This document shows positions 27,665-36,185 of a stretch of 64,000 nucleotides of DNA, piece by piece (the first letter of the stretch is position 1; every line of letters starts with the position of its first letter). This DNA comes from a virus (lineage: Duplodnaviria > Caudoviricetes). A program made the translations under genes and the position numbers. The notes under the pieces were generated by a model that searched no databases, had not been told where the DNA came from, and worked only from the letters and a program-made list of their open reading frames with translations. The DNA lies in IMG/VR virus record IMGVR_UViG_2667527450_000001, positions 1 to 64,000 of that record. One strand, written 5' to 3'.

Positions 27665-27910
27665 ATGCACGACAACCCTACCGCGCAGGCGCCATCGCAG
27701 GTGGCGTCCTCGAAGCCTTACCGGGTCAAGGAAGTCGCTTCCACCCTTGGTGTCGACATCTCGACCGTGTACGCCGCGATCCACGAGGGCCAACTTGTCG
27801 CGTACCGCGTTGGCTCGGGCCGCGGAACCTTTCGTGTCCCCCGTTCAGCCCTCGCTGAGTACGCCGCAAAGCGCGGCATCCCCAGCGAATTGCTGGAGGT
27901 GGCCTCGTGA
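27665..27910 (+). CDS. Excisionase-family HTH_17 protein
   Basis: YRVKEVASTLGVDISTVYAAIHEGQLVAYRVG...FRVPRSAL. Confidence 0.85.
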   Translation: MHDNPTAQAPSQVASSKPYRVKEVASTLGVDISTVYAAIHEGQLVAYRVGSGRGTFRVPRSALAEYAAKRGIPSELLEVAS

Positions 27911-28299
27911 GCACCGCCCTCGTCGCACCACGCGCTTCCCGCTCGGTGCGCATCCTCGTCCGCGACGCGAAGGTCACCGTCGACTGCCCGGCGTGGTGCG
28001 TCGAGCCTCATACCGAGGTCTACCGGTCCCTGGAGGACGTCGCGCACCGCGGCAGTGAGATCGCTCTGTCGGTGCCCGTCTACGGCGGCGACACCGTGCA
28101 GGTTCTCACCGCCCGGATCGAGTCCTGGCCGTTCGCCGGCGACCCGCAGACGCAGAACCCCTTCTTCGCCTACAACCCGGCGAACGACGAGTTCGCGCAG
28201 ATCACCCCCGAGGTGATGGCTGCCGCAGCCGACCAGGTCATCGCCCATGGGCATGCTCTCCTCGCCCTTGCCGCGACCATCGCCGGGGGTGCCCAGTGA
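27907..28299 (+). CDS. DUF6907-like protein
   Basis: CPAWCVEPH...DVAH motif. Confidence 0.7.
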   Translation: MSTALVAPRASRSVRILVRDAKVTVDCPAWCVEPHTEVYRSLEDVAHRGSEIALSVPVYGGDTVQVLTARIESWPFAGDPQTQNPFFAYNPANDEFAQITPEVMAAAADQVIAHGHALLALAATIAGGAQ

Positions 28300-28580
28300 G
28301 CACCGCTACCGCCCCCGCCATGTCGGCCGCGGACCGTGCCGCGCACCAGGCCGGATCGCACGTCCGTGTCTCGCTGGAGGTCCAGCGTGCTGTGGCCCGT
28401 TTCGAGACTGCCGCGCTGCGGGTGGAGGAACTGTCCGGGCTGGATGCCCGGGGCATGTCCGGCGCTCAGTTCGATTCGCTGGTTCTGGCGCAGGACACGA
28501 TGGCTGAGTCCCGGCGGGTTCTGGAGCTGGCCGGCCTGCTGCACCTGATCGACACGGCCTCGAAGGCGGTGGCCCGATGA
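28296..28580 (+). CDS. Hypothetical protein
   Basis: Coupled on both sides. Confidence 0.65.
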   Translation: MSTATAPAMSAADRAAHQAGSHVRVSLEVQRAVARFETAALRVEELSGLDARGMSGAQFDSLVLAQDTMAESRRVLELAGLLHLIDTASKAVAR

Positions 28581-28894
28581 CCGCTCTGGTTCCGTCCTCG
28601 TTTGCTGCCCCGTCGGGGGGTGAGGGCCTCGTCTCGTCGGTGGGTGCGGCTCGGCCGGGTTCGTTGGTGGCCTTGCGGGGTGTGATCACTGGTGTGGGCG
28701 TGAGTGTGTCCACGTTGACGGTGACGGTGTCGGATGGGGCGGGGTCGGTCTCGATTCACGTTCCGTCGGAGGTGTGGCGGGGTCTGGGTCGTGATGCGTT
28801 CGGTCTGGGTCTGGTGATGTCGCTGGTTGGCTGCAAGCAGGCCGGCTTTGTGTTCGCTGTCCGTGTCGCTTTCGACGGGGTGGTGGGGTCGTGA
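28577..28894 (+). CDS. Hypothetical (OB-fold-like) protein
   Basis: VALRGVITGV...VTVSDGAGSVSI. Confidence 0.5.
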   Translation: MTALVPSSFAAPSGGEGLVSSVGAARPGSLVALRGVITGVGVSVSTLTVTVSDGAGSVSIHVPSEVWRGLGRDAFGLGLVMSLVGCKQAGFVFAVRVAFDGVVGS

Positions 28895-29262
28895 GCAAGT
28901 GGTCCTGCCCGTGGGCGACGACGCACGCGAATGGTCTGGTGACGTCTGGTTCGACGGAGCCGGTGCTCACTGTCCTGGAGGTTCGCGGCTTTCAGCTCCG
29001 CGACATGTTTCTGATCGGCTTCAACCCGGATTGTGGGTCGATCGTGGTCGAGGAGGAGGCGCGGGCCTGGGAGGTCAAGGCGGCGTTGGAGCCGGCGTAT
29101 CGGGTGACCGTCAAGCGGGATCCCGATGGTGATTGGGTCGCTGATTTTGATCGGCGGGAGCTGGATGGGTCTGTGCCGGACTGGTTTGGTCGGACGATTG
29201 CTCTGGCTGACGGCACTGTGGTGATGCGGGATGGTCGTTGGGTCGGGAAGGGCGGTTCGTGA
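28891..29262 (+). CDS. Hypothetical protein
   Basis: Coupled ORF. Confidence 0.6.
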   Translation: MSKWSCPWATTHANGLVTSGSTEPVLTVLEVRGFQLRDMFLIGFNPDCGSIVVEEEARAWEVKAALEPAYRVTVKRDPDGDWVADFDRRELDGSVPDWFGRTIALADGTVVMRDGRWVGKGGS

Positions 29263-29591
29263 TGTCGACTGCTGCTGCCCCGTTCCCGGGTGACTCCGAT
29301 CCGTCGGTGGCGGAGGCTCTGCGCCGCATCACGGATCCGACTGCGCGTCTCGCCGAGGTCGATGAGTCCCGAGCCGACCGTTGTGTGGTCGCGACGATGT
29401 CTCTGCTGGATCGTGGCGCGTCGGTCGACTATGTCGAGCCGTTGCGTTCTCGGGCTCGCCGGCAGTTCGCGGAGGCTGCTGCTGCGACGGAGCAGCCGAC
29501 GTGGCGGTGCCGTGAGTGCGACACGTACAACGGCTGGTCTGACGAGTTCTGCATGGTGTGTGACTCCAAGCGTCCGACCGGGTTGTGGTGA
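29262..29591 (+). CDS. Protein with RanBP2-type zinc finger
   Basis: WRCRECDTYNGWSDEFCMVC matches W-x-C-x2-C-x3-N-x6-C-x2-C. Confidence 0.7.
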   Translation: MSTAAAPFPGDSDPSVAEALRRITDPTARLAEVDESRADRCVVATMSLLDRGASVDYVEPLRSRARRQFAEAAAATEQPTWRCRECDTYNGWSDEFCMVCDSKRPTGLW

Positions 29592-29911
29592 CCGTGGCCG
29601 CCGAGACAGAGCCTGAGCCGCAGCATGACCGGGCCGAGCCGCCGCGTGAGATTCCGCCGCTTCAGCAGCGTGTTCCTGGTGGTTCGTTGTGAGCGCGGAC
29701 GACGAGACGCGTCGTCGTATTGAGTCGATCCGTCGGTCCGAGGCTGCCGCTCGTCGAGCTGAGGCGGCACGCAAGAAGCTTGAGGCCGAACGCCGTTCCG
29801 GCCGTTCCTAGTTCCCGTGCCCCGGGGTTGACCGCACGTCCCCGGGCGCGGTCCCTCCCCGCATCACTCAATCCCATTCGTGCACCACCTTCGCCGAAAG
29901 GTCATGCCGTC

Positions 29912-30019
29912 ATGCCTTCTTCTGCCCGCACCAGCAACTCCACTTGGCCCGAGGGCGTCATTGCCCGCTACCTCACCGCCATCGGGCCCGGTCGATGGGA
30001 ACGCGGCCGGGCCCACTGA
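29912..30019 (+). pseudogene. Short ORF, possibly a truncated phage protein (WPEGVIARYLT)
   Basis: RBS and a conserved-looking N-terminus, ending in a hairpin after 35 aa. Confidence 0.35.
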
Positions 30020-30032
30020 GAGGAGCGATCCG

Positions 30033-30290
30033 ATGTTGTCCCAGTACAAGGCCCGCCAGCGCCACCAGAAGATCATGCGCGTCGCCCACCACCTGCTTCG
30101 CGAGGCGGCCGACCGGCGCCGCCCGGAGTCCCTGCGCTACAACCCTGCCGCCGTTGACGTCACTGCCCAGGACGTCGTCGCCTTCGCCTTCGGTCGCCAC
30201 CAGCTCGACGTGGACGTCGACGAGGCGCAGAAGTTCCTCGACGCAGCCCGCGTCTCTCGCGGCGAGACCGCCGCCCCGGCTACCGCCTGA
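30033..30290 (+). CDS. Hypothetical protein
   Basis: AGGAG RBS. Confidence 0.65.
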   Translation: MLSQYKARQRHQKIMRVAHHLLREAADRRRPESLRYNPAAVDVTAQDVVAFAFGRHQLDVDVDEAQKFLDAARVSRGETAAPATA

Positions 30291-30336
30291 CCCCAAGCCC
30301 CATCCACCGCCCACTTCTTCTGAGAGGACCACCGTC

Positions 30337-30513
30337 ATGCCCGAGAACACTCGCATCGCCTACCTGAACGAGTACCGCGACGCCGTCGCCAAGGGGGACC
30401 TGGACCGGCAGCTGGGCATCCAGCTCGCTGCGCTCGATCTGGACCAGGCGGATCCCGACGGGCCCCGGCTCATGGACGAGATCCGCGGCTTCCGTCAGCC
30501 GGCCGCCGCCTGA
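30337..30513 (+). CDS. Small hypothetical protein
   Basis: GAGGA RBS. Confidence 0.65.
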   Translation: MPENTRIAYLNEYRDAVAKGDLDRQLGIQLAALDLDQADPDGPRLMDEIRGFRQPAAA

Positions 30514-30686
30514 TGTCCGCCGCCGTCCGAGCCGCCCGCAAGGTCGACGCCTACCTCGGCCCGGTCGAGCGGGGTGAGGCCCCGAAGCCCGGCGCAGCCC
30601 AGGCTGCCGGCCTCGCGATCCGCACCGCCGTCCGAGCGGGCATCAGCCCCGCCCAGATCAACGCCGCCCGCACCACCAACCGCTGA
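30513..30686 (+). CDS. Small hypothetical protein (57 aa)
   Basis: TGATG coupling; manual translation MSAAVRAARKVDAYLGP... Confidence 0.55.
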   Translation: MSAAVRAARKVDAYLGPVERGEAPKPGAAQAAGLAIRTAVRAGISPAQINAARTTNR

Positions 30687-30696
30687 AGGAGACCGT

Positions 30697-30876
30697 ATGT
30701 CGCGTTTGAAGAAGGCCGCCGAGGAGCTGCGCAACGACGCTGCCCGGAACCGGGCTGTCGGCCGTGACGAGCAGGCGGCGCGCCAAGAGGCCCGCGCCCG
30801 CGAGCTGGAGTCCGGTCGCGTGACCGACCGCACCGACGACGTACTCGCCATCGTCCGCTTCGGCCTCCGCCGCTGA
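30697..30876 (+). CDS. Small hypothetical protein
   Basis: AAGGAG RBS. Confidence 0.6.
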   Translation: MSRLKKAAEELRNDAARNRAVGRDEQAARQEARARELESGRVTDRTDDVLAIVRFGLRR

Positions 30877-30975
30877 CCAGTTGCCCGATCCGCCCGTCCC
30901 GCACGGGCGGTGAGGGGAGCCGGCCAGCCGAACCCGCCACCACCCCTACCGCATCAACGAGTTGAGGAGACCGTC

Positions 30976-31317
30976 ATGACCGAATGGGAACGCAGCAAGC
31001 GCGGTGCGAAGAAGTTTGCCCGCGAGGTAGAGCTAGGCAAGACGTACTACATCATCATGACCTCCACCAATCCGTGGGGCGACGAACCGGTCTGGACGAG
31101 CTATGTCTTCGACCATCGTCAGGTGTTCACCGGTGGGGCGATGAGCGGTTCCATGTCCGCCGAGGGGCTGTGCCTCAACTACGGTCCGGTGTACGACGAG
31201 AAGCCCGGCTCCCACATCCGTCCGATGTGTGAGCGGGACGACGACCAGCTGTACGCGACGCCCGCGGACATCGTCCAGGTCCGCAAGTCCCGCGACAAGA
31301 AGCCGGCGCGCCGCTGA
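30976..31317 (+). CDS. Hypothetical protein
   Basis: GAGGAG RBS. Confidence 0.7.
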   Translation: MTEWERSKRGAKKFAREVELGKTYYIIMTSTNPWGDEPVWTSYVFDHRQVFTGGAMSGSMSAEGLCLNYGPVYDEKPGSHIRPMCERDDDQLYATPADIVQVRKSRDKKPARR

Positions 31318-31604
31318 TGGCCGCGGTCACCGTTGGTACGGGGATCCGGCCGGAGAGCACGACGTGCTGCGGCCGGCAGCTGGCTCCCTATGACCGTTTC
31401 GGAAAGCTTGTGTACTTCTCGAAGCTGCGGACGGACCGGTGGCTGTGCCAGTTCTGTCACTGCTTCCTGCGGGTGGCTATGAGCGGCTTTGCGCCTCGCG
31501 GTCTGCTCTTGGTGACCGAGGCCAACACCGATGCCTGCCGGCGAGGTCATCGCGCGCCTGCCGTGCCCGACTTCTTCGTCGACCCGGAAGCGAACCCCGC
31601 GTGA
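31317..31604 (+). CDS. Cys-containing hypothetical protein
   Basis: TGATG coupling; CCG...CQFC. Confidence 0.55.
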   Translation: MAAVTVGTGIRPESTTCCGRQLAPYDRFGKLVYFSKLRTDRWLCQFCHCFLRVAMSGFAPRGLLLVTEANTDACRRGHRAPAVPDFFVDPEANPA

Positions 31605-31644
31605 TGTGCAGGGACTACTGACCACTACCCCAGAGGAGATCAAC

Positions 31645-31848
31645 ATGTTCGGACGGAAGACCGACGTCGAGAAGCGGGCCATCGCCGAGATGCGCGAGGC
31701 CGATCGGAAGCTCAATGAGAACAGCGACCGTGAGCGTCGGGCCGGCATCCGCCACGAGACGCCCGAGTACCAGCGCCTCAACCGAATCGCCAACGAGAAG
31801 GCCGCCGAGGTGCCCCGCATGTTCGGCGGCACAAAGCGCGGACGCTGA
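31645..31848 (+). CDS. Small hypothetical protein
   Basis: GAGGAG RBS. Confidence 0.65.
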   Translation: MFGRKTDVEKRAIAEMREADRKLNENSDRERRAGIRHETPEYQRLNRIANEKAAEVPRMFGGTKRGR

Positions 31849-31936
31849 CCGCGCGTCGGTAGCCCCCGCCGCCGGTCTCGTACCGGCGGTGAGGGGAGCC
31901 AGGCAGGCCCCGCACTCACACAGGAGGTTGAACGTT

Positions 31937-32134
31937 ATGGCGAAGCGCTGGACCTGGAATGCAACCGTCGTCGAAGAGAAGCACGGCACGCGCCGCGTCG
32001 GGTCGGCGATGGGAGAGGTCGAGGCCCCCACGCGAGAGGCGGCACGCGCCAAAGCGCGCCGCAGCATCGAGGGCAAGGGCACAGGCCGTACCGCCCACGG
32101 TGTGCAGGTTTTTGAGGGCGGCTGCGGGAACTGA
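31937..32134 (+). CDS. Small hypothetical protein
   Basis: AGGAGG RBS. Confidence 0.6.
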   Translation: MAKRWTWNATVVEEKHGTRRVGSAMGEVEAPTREAARAKARRSIEGKGTGRTAHGVQVFEGGCGN

Positions 32135-32228
32135 CCGCCCAACCCCGCTCGACCGTGAGCCCCGCTATCCCGCTCGCCGGTAGCCCTCGGTCCGCGTCTC
32201 GCACGCGGGCCCTGGAGATCCGACGCAG

Positions 32229-32262
32229 CACCCCACCCCACACCCCACCCCACACCCCACCC
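32229..32262. repeat. Tandem repeat (CACCCCACCCCA) x ~3
   Basis: caccccacccca caccccacccca caccccaccc. Confidence 0.75.
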
Positions 32263-32292
32263 GACCCTCACTTCTCCCTTGAAGGACTCGTC

Positions 32293-32508
32293 ATGCGTCT
32301 CGGCATTTTGATCGGTCTGACCCGAGCCCGGGTCGCCCTGATGATCGCCGGGCTGGCCTGGTTCATGGGCCTGTCCGCCCCGGTCGGCATACGCATCCTC
32401 ATCGCCGGCCTCGTCCTGGCCGGCATCGCCGGAGACGGCGCCGTCGAGGATCACCGCACCAAGACCCCCACCACCACGTCGACCTCCGACTACCGAACCG
32501 CCGCCTGA
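32293..32508 (+). CDS. Small membrane protein (Spd-like)
   Basis: Two TM segments; upstream of the DUF2637-like gene and traB. Confidence 0.6.
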   Translation: MRLGILIGLTRARVALMIAGLAWFMGLSAPVGIRILIAGLVLAGIAGDGAVEDHRTKTPTTTSTSDYRTAA

Positions 32509-32543
32509 CCGGCCCCCCTCACCAGTAAGGAAGGAGAAGCCCG

Positions 32544-33836
32544 ATGACCACCGTCATCGAAGGCAAGGCCACTACCGACACGCAGTTCGATCCGATCGCC
32601 CTGGCCGAGGCGGCAGCGATCCGTACCCGCGCCGAGTCCGAGGCTGAAGCCCGCCGTATCGAGGCCGAGGGCAAGGCCGAAGCCGACAAGATCACGGCGA
32701 CGGAGGAAGCCGAGAAGCTGCGCATCGCCAACGAGCGCGCCGCGATGCGGTTGGAAAAGGAGAGGGCCGACCACCAGGCGCACCTTGCTAAGAAGGCCGC
32801 TGACACCGCGAAGTCCAACGCCGAGGAAGCAAAGGCGAAGAAGGCCCAGGAGGAAGACGCCGAGCGTGAGGCACAGCAGCTGGCCGAGCAGGAGCGCTCC
32901 GAGCGGTACTGGAAGTGGGGTGCCCGCGGCATCTACGCCGTCGGCCTGATCATCGCCGCGCCCGTGCAGTTCATGCACTTCTGGGACCGCGAGCGTCCGT
33001 TCCTCATCGCCGCGCCTGCCCTGCTTGAGGGGCTCGCCCTGGTGCTGGCGTTCGGCGCCGCGTGGGCGGTTGCTCACCGTCGCGACGTCGCTCCGTACCG
33101 GGTCGGCATCATGCTCGGCGCCATCATCGCTGCCGGCATCAACCTGTACGGCGGTTGGACCGATCCCGCGATCGGGTTCAACGCCGGACTCATCGGGGCC
33201 ATCGCTTCCCTCGGCGGTCCGATCGTCCTCATGGCCTACGAACACGGCGTCGCCCAGAAGGCGGACGGCATTCCGTCTTGGCGGGAGAAGCGCGCGGCCG
33301 AAAGCGAGAAGAAGCGTGCAGCCGAAGAACGGCAGAAGGCTAAGGAGGAGAAGGCCACGGCGGAAGAGCGGGCTGCTGCCCAGAAGGCCGCCCAGCAGGA
33401 GCGCGATAGGGGAGAGCAGGCTCGTAAGGATAAGGATCGGCGTGAGCACCACGCGGACGTGTGGGAAGTCGCTGAGGCTCTGCGTTCTGCCCGCGGTTCG
33501 AGCGTGGTGACGGAGCAGATTTGGGCTGACGCCTGGTACCGGGTGACGGGGTCGAAGGTCGTCGGTGTCCGGCCCGAACTGGAGGCTGAGAGCCGGGCGG
33601 CTCAGGCCCGGATGAAGATGGCGTCCGAGGTGCCGATTCTTGGCCAGTTCTCGCACGTCGAATCCCAAAAGGGCCCCGGGTCGAAGAGGGCTCCCGGGAC
33701 CCCCGATGGGCGGCGCTCCAACGGTGGCACCCCGCCCCTCAGGCGGGCCGGTGACGCCCAACCGTACTGCGATGCCGCGAAGAAGCAGGCGGCTCTCGAA
33801 CAAGCCGACACGGCGTCATCTAACAAGACCATCTGA
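32544..33836 (+). CDS. DUF2637-like coiled-coil membrane protein (SpdB2-like spread protein)
   Basis: Coiled coil, four TM helices (AAPVQ, AGINLYG, SLGGP..MAYEH), coiled coil; directly upstream of TraB. Confidence 0.7.
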   Translation: MTTVIEGKATTDTQFDPIALAEAAAIRTRAESEAEARRIEAEGKAEADKITATEEAEKLRIANERAAMRLEKERADHQAHLAKKAADTAKSNAEEAKAKKAQEEDAEREAQQLAEQERSERYWKWGARGIYAVGLIIAAPVQFMHFWDRERPFLIAAPALLEGLALVLAFGAAWAVAHRRDVAPYRVGIMLGAIIAAGINLYGGWTDPAIGFNAGLIGAIASLGGPIVLMAYEHGVAQKADGIPSWREKRAAESEKKRAAEERQKAKEEKATAEERAAAQKAAQQERDRGEQARKDKDRREHHADVWEVAEALRSARGSSVVTEQIWADAWYRVTGSKVVGVRPELEAESRAAQARMKMASEVPILGQFSHVESQKGPGSKRAPGTPDGRRSNGGTPPLRRAGDAQPYCDAAKKQAALEQADTASSNKTI

Positions 33837-33847
33837 GGAGCGTTTCG

Positions 33848-35965
33848 ATGGCTATTCACACTCCCTCTGCGGACACTGAAGAACTCGTGCGGCCGACCCT
33901 GAGCCTCGTCAAGAACACCCCTGTCGAGGGCGCGGTCGTCGAGCATCAGGGTGAGAAGCGCCCGGTGTGGATCCACTCGCAGAGGGCTCTGCGTCACGTG
34001 CTCGATAACCGTCTGTACATCGGCTGGTCGTTGCGCGGGTACCGGGAACTGGGCCGACGGTGGCTGGAGGCGCGGCGAGATGACCACCCGCAGATGATCG
34101 AGAGCGCGCGTCTCGCGCTTCGCGCTGCCAAGCGCAACCTGGACCGTGAGGCGGAGATGCGGGACCTCCTCACCGAACGGCGGGAGGCGTACAGGCGCCA
34201 CAAGCGGATCATGGTCGCTAAGACCGGTGGCTGGGCCGCTGCCATCACAGCTGGCGCCACCGTAGGCGCTGTCACGGGCGGCCCCGTGGTCGACCTCCTC
34301 ATGGGGCTCGGCGCCATGGCCCTCGGCGCCTGCCACGGCCGGCCCGAGCCGGCGGACGACATCGAGGAACCGAACCAGCAGGAGCGGGAGATCGAAGCCG
34401 GGCCTCAGGACGACGTGGCTCCGGCCCCCGCCCCGGCCGCCGCCGAGCGGGCCTTCGACGCTCCGCCGCCCCCGGCCCTCACGATCGAGGAGCTGGACAC
34501 GGCGCTGCGCGAGATCGGCATCGTCAAGGGGCGTGAGCAGATCACTGTCCTCGCGCCACCCGAGCGCGGCGAAGACGGCAACACCACCGCCGTCTTCGAC
34601 CTCCCCGCCCGCGTCACCGTCGCCATGCTCCTGAAGCAACTGGAAGCCCTCGCCGGAGCTCTCGGTCGCGACTCATCGATGATCGACGTGGTCAAGGCCG
34701 GCACCGAACGCCGCGTCTCCCTGTGGATGACCGACGCCAACCCCTTCGGGACGCCGCGCCCGTCCCCCCTGCTGGTTCTGCGAGGCGCCATCGACGCCTG
34801 GAAGAACGGCGTGCCCGTCGCGTGGAACAAGCGCGGCATCACGATCCGGCTGGTCATCAACAACAGCTCGTTTGTCATCGCTGGCATGACCCGCTCCGGC
34901 AAGGGCGTCGGAGCTTCCAACTTGGTCGTGGGCGCCGCCTTTGATCCCCGGATCAACCTGCGGATCGTGGCCGGAAAGAACAACGGCGAATGGGACGCCT
35001 ACGCCAAGACCGGGATCGCTTCCACGTACTTCAAGCCCAGCCCTGAGCGGCTCCTCGCCCTGCTGAAGGGGCTGTTGGCGGACAAGGACCGGCGTGAGGC
35101 CGAGCTGGGCAGGCTCGGCAAGTCCAAGCTTGTGGAGTCTGCCATCGAGCACATTGGCGGGCTGGAGCTGCTGGTCATCGACGAGCTGGCCACGTACACG
35201 CGGCCGGGTAAGCCGCTGCGTGACGAGATCCTGGAAGCTCTGATCGAGCTGTCTGCCGTTGCTGCTGGCGCGGGCATCCTCTTGGTGCTCATCACGCAGT
35301 ACCCCGAGGTCGATGTGATCCCGCAGGCGCTCGCGATGAACTGCGGTACCAAGTGGGCGATGCGCGTGGACAACGCGGATCAGTCCAACGCCATCCTCGG
35401 CAAGGGCTCATCTGGTGCGGGCCGTGACGCTTCCAAGTTCGATCCGCCGCGGCCCGGTCTGGGCTGGCTGGTGAACCCCTTCGCCGGGGTCACCGACAAG
35501 GCCCGTAGCTTCGACCTGGACGAGGACGAGCGGGGTGAAATCACCGTGCTGCTGGAGCGGGCCGCGAAGATCCGCGAGCAGGCGGGCCGTCTCGCCGGGC
35601 AGTGGGATGACGCGATCGAGAGGCAGCTAGTCAATACGACCGGCCTGTCGTCGACAGCCGGCGGGCCGAAGCGGGACGGTGTGCCCGGCCGCCAGGTCCT
35701 CAACCACACGCCGGAGCAGAAGCACCAGATCGCATGCTGCCGTGAGGCTCTGGTGGCGATGGATGAGCTCGGGCGGGATGTGGCGCAGCTGGAAGAGATG
35801 GCGCAGCTCATCGGCGCTATCGCCGGAGACGACCTTGGCAAGGCCCTGCGTGCGGCCGGCGCCGGAGGCACCGTGAAGATCACGTTGCCGGGTCGTGAGG
35901 GGCAGGTGCGCGGCTACCGGCGAGACGACATCAAGGACGCGCTGGACCTGCTGCTTGGTGCATAG
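33848..35965 (+). CDS. traB: TraB-type FtsK/SpoIIIE conjugative DNA translocase
   Basis: N-terminal TM region, Walker A AGMTRSGKG, Walker B LLVIDELA, LITQYP, C-terminal wHTH ending RGYRRDDI. Confidence 0.85.
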   Translation: MAIHTPSADTEELVRPTLSLVKNTPVEGAVVEHQGEKRPVWIHSQRALRHVLDNRLYIGWSLRGYRELGRRWLEARRDDHPQMIESARLALRAAKRNLDREAEMRDLLTERREAYRRHKRIMVAKTGGWAAAITAGATVGAVTGGPVVDLLMGLGAMALGACHGRPEPADDIEEPNQQEREIEAGPQDDVAPAPAPAAAERAFDAPPPPALTIEELDTALREIGIVKGREQITVLAPPERGEDGNTTAVFDLPARVTVAMLLKQLEALAGALGRDSSMIDVVKAGTERRVSLWMTDANPFGTPRPSPLLVLRGAIDAWKNGVPVAWNKRGITIRLVINNSSFVIAGMTRSGKGVGASNLVVGAAFDPRINLRIVAGKNNGEWDAYAKTGIASTYFKPSPERLLALLKGLLADKDRREAELGRLGKSKLVESAIEHIGGLELLVIDELATYTRPGKPLRDEILEALIELSAVAAGAGILLVLITQYPEVDVIPQALAMNCGTKWAMRVDNADQSNAILGKGSSGAGRDASKFDPPRPGLGWLVNPFAGVTDKARSFDLDEDERGEITVLLERAAKIREQAGRLAGQWDDAIERQLVNTTGLSSTAGGPKRDGVPGRQVLNHTPEQKHQIACCREALVAMDELGRDVAQLEEMAQLIGAIAGDDLGKALRAAGAGGTVKITLPGREGQVRGYRRDDIKDALDLLLGA

Positions 35966-35981
35966 GTGCCCGCTTTGCCCG

Positions 35982-36117
35982 GTCTTGCGGGGTGGATATC
36001 ACACCGTTTGCTCCGTCTTTCGGGGTGGCTGGTGGGTGGATCCCATCCGGCTGCCATCCGCCATCGCGGATCCCCTCTCCACCCCGCAAGACGTGTCAAA
36101 CCATGTCATATCCACCC
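35982..36117. repeat. clt-like locus: nested inverted repeats and GGGTGGAT-like 8-mers
   Basis: GTCTTGCGGGGTGG (35982) / CCACCCCGCAAGAC (36079) perfect 14-bp inverted repeat; GGGTGG(A/C)T at 35990, 36023, 36034; inverted copies at 36077 and 36110. Confidence 0.6.
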
Positions 36118-36185
36118 TGCTGGGGCCCTGATGACGCCCAGCGACGGACCACGCGACACGAAACGATCACAAGGAGAAGCGCACG

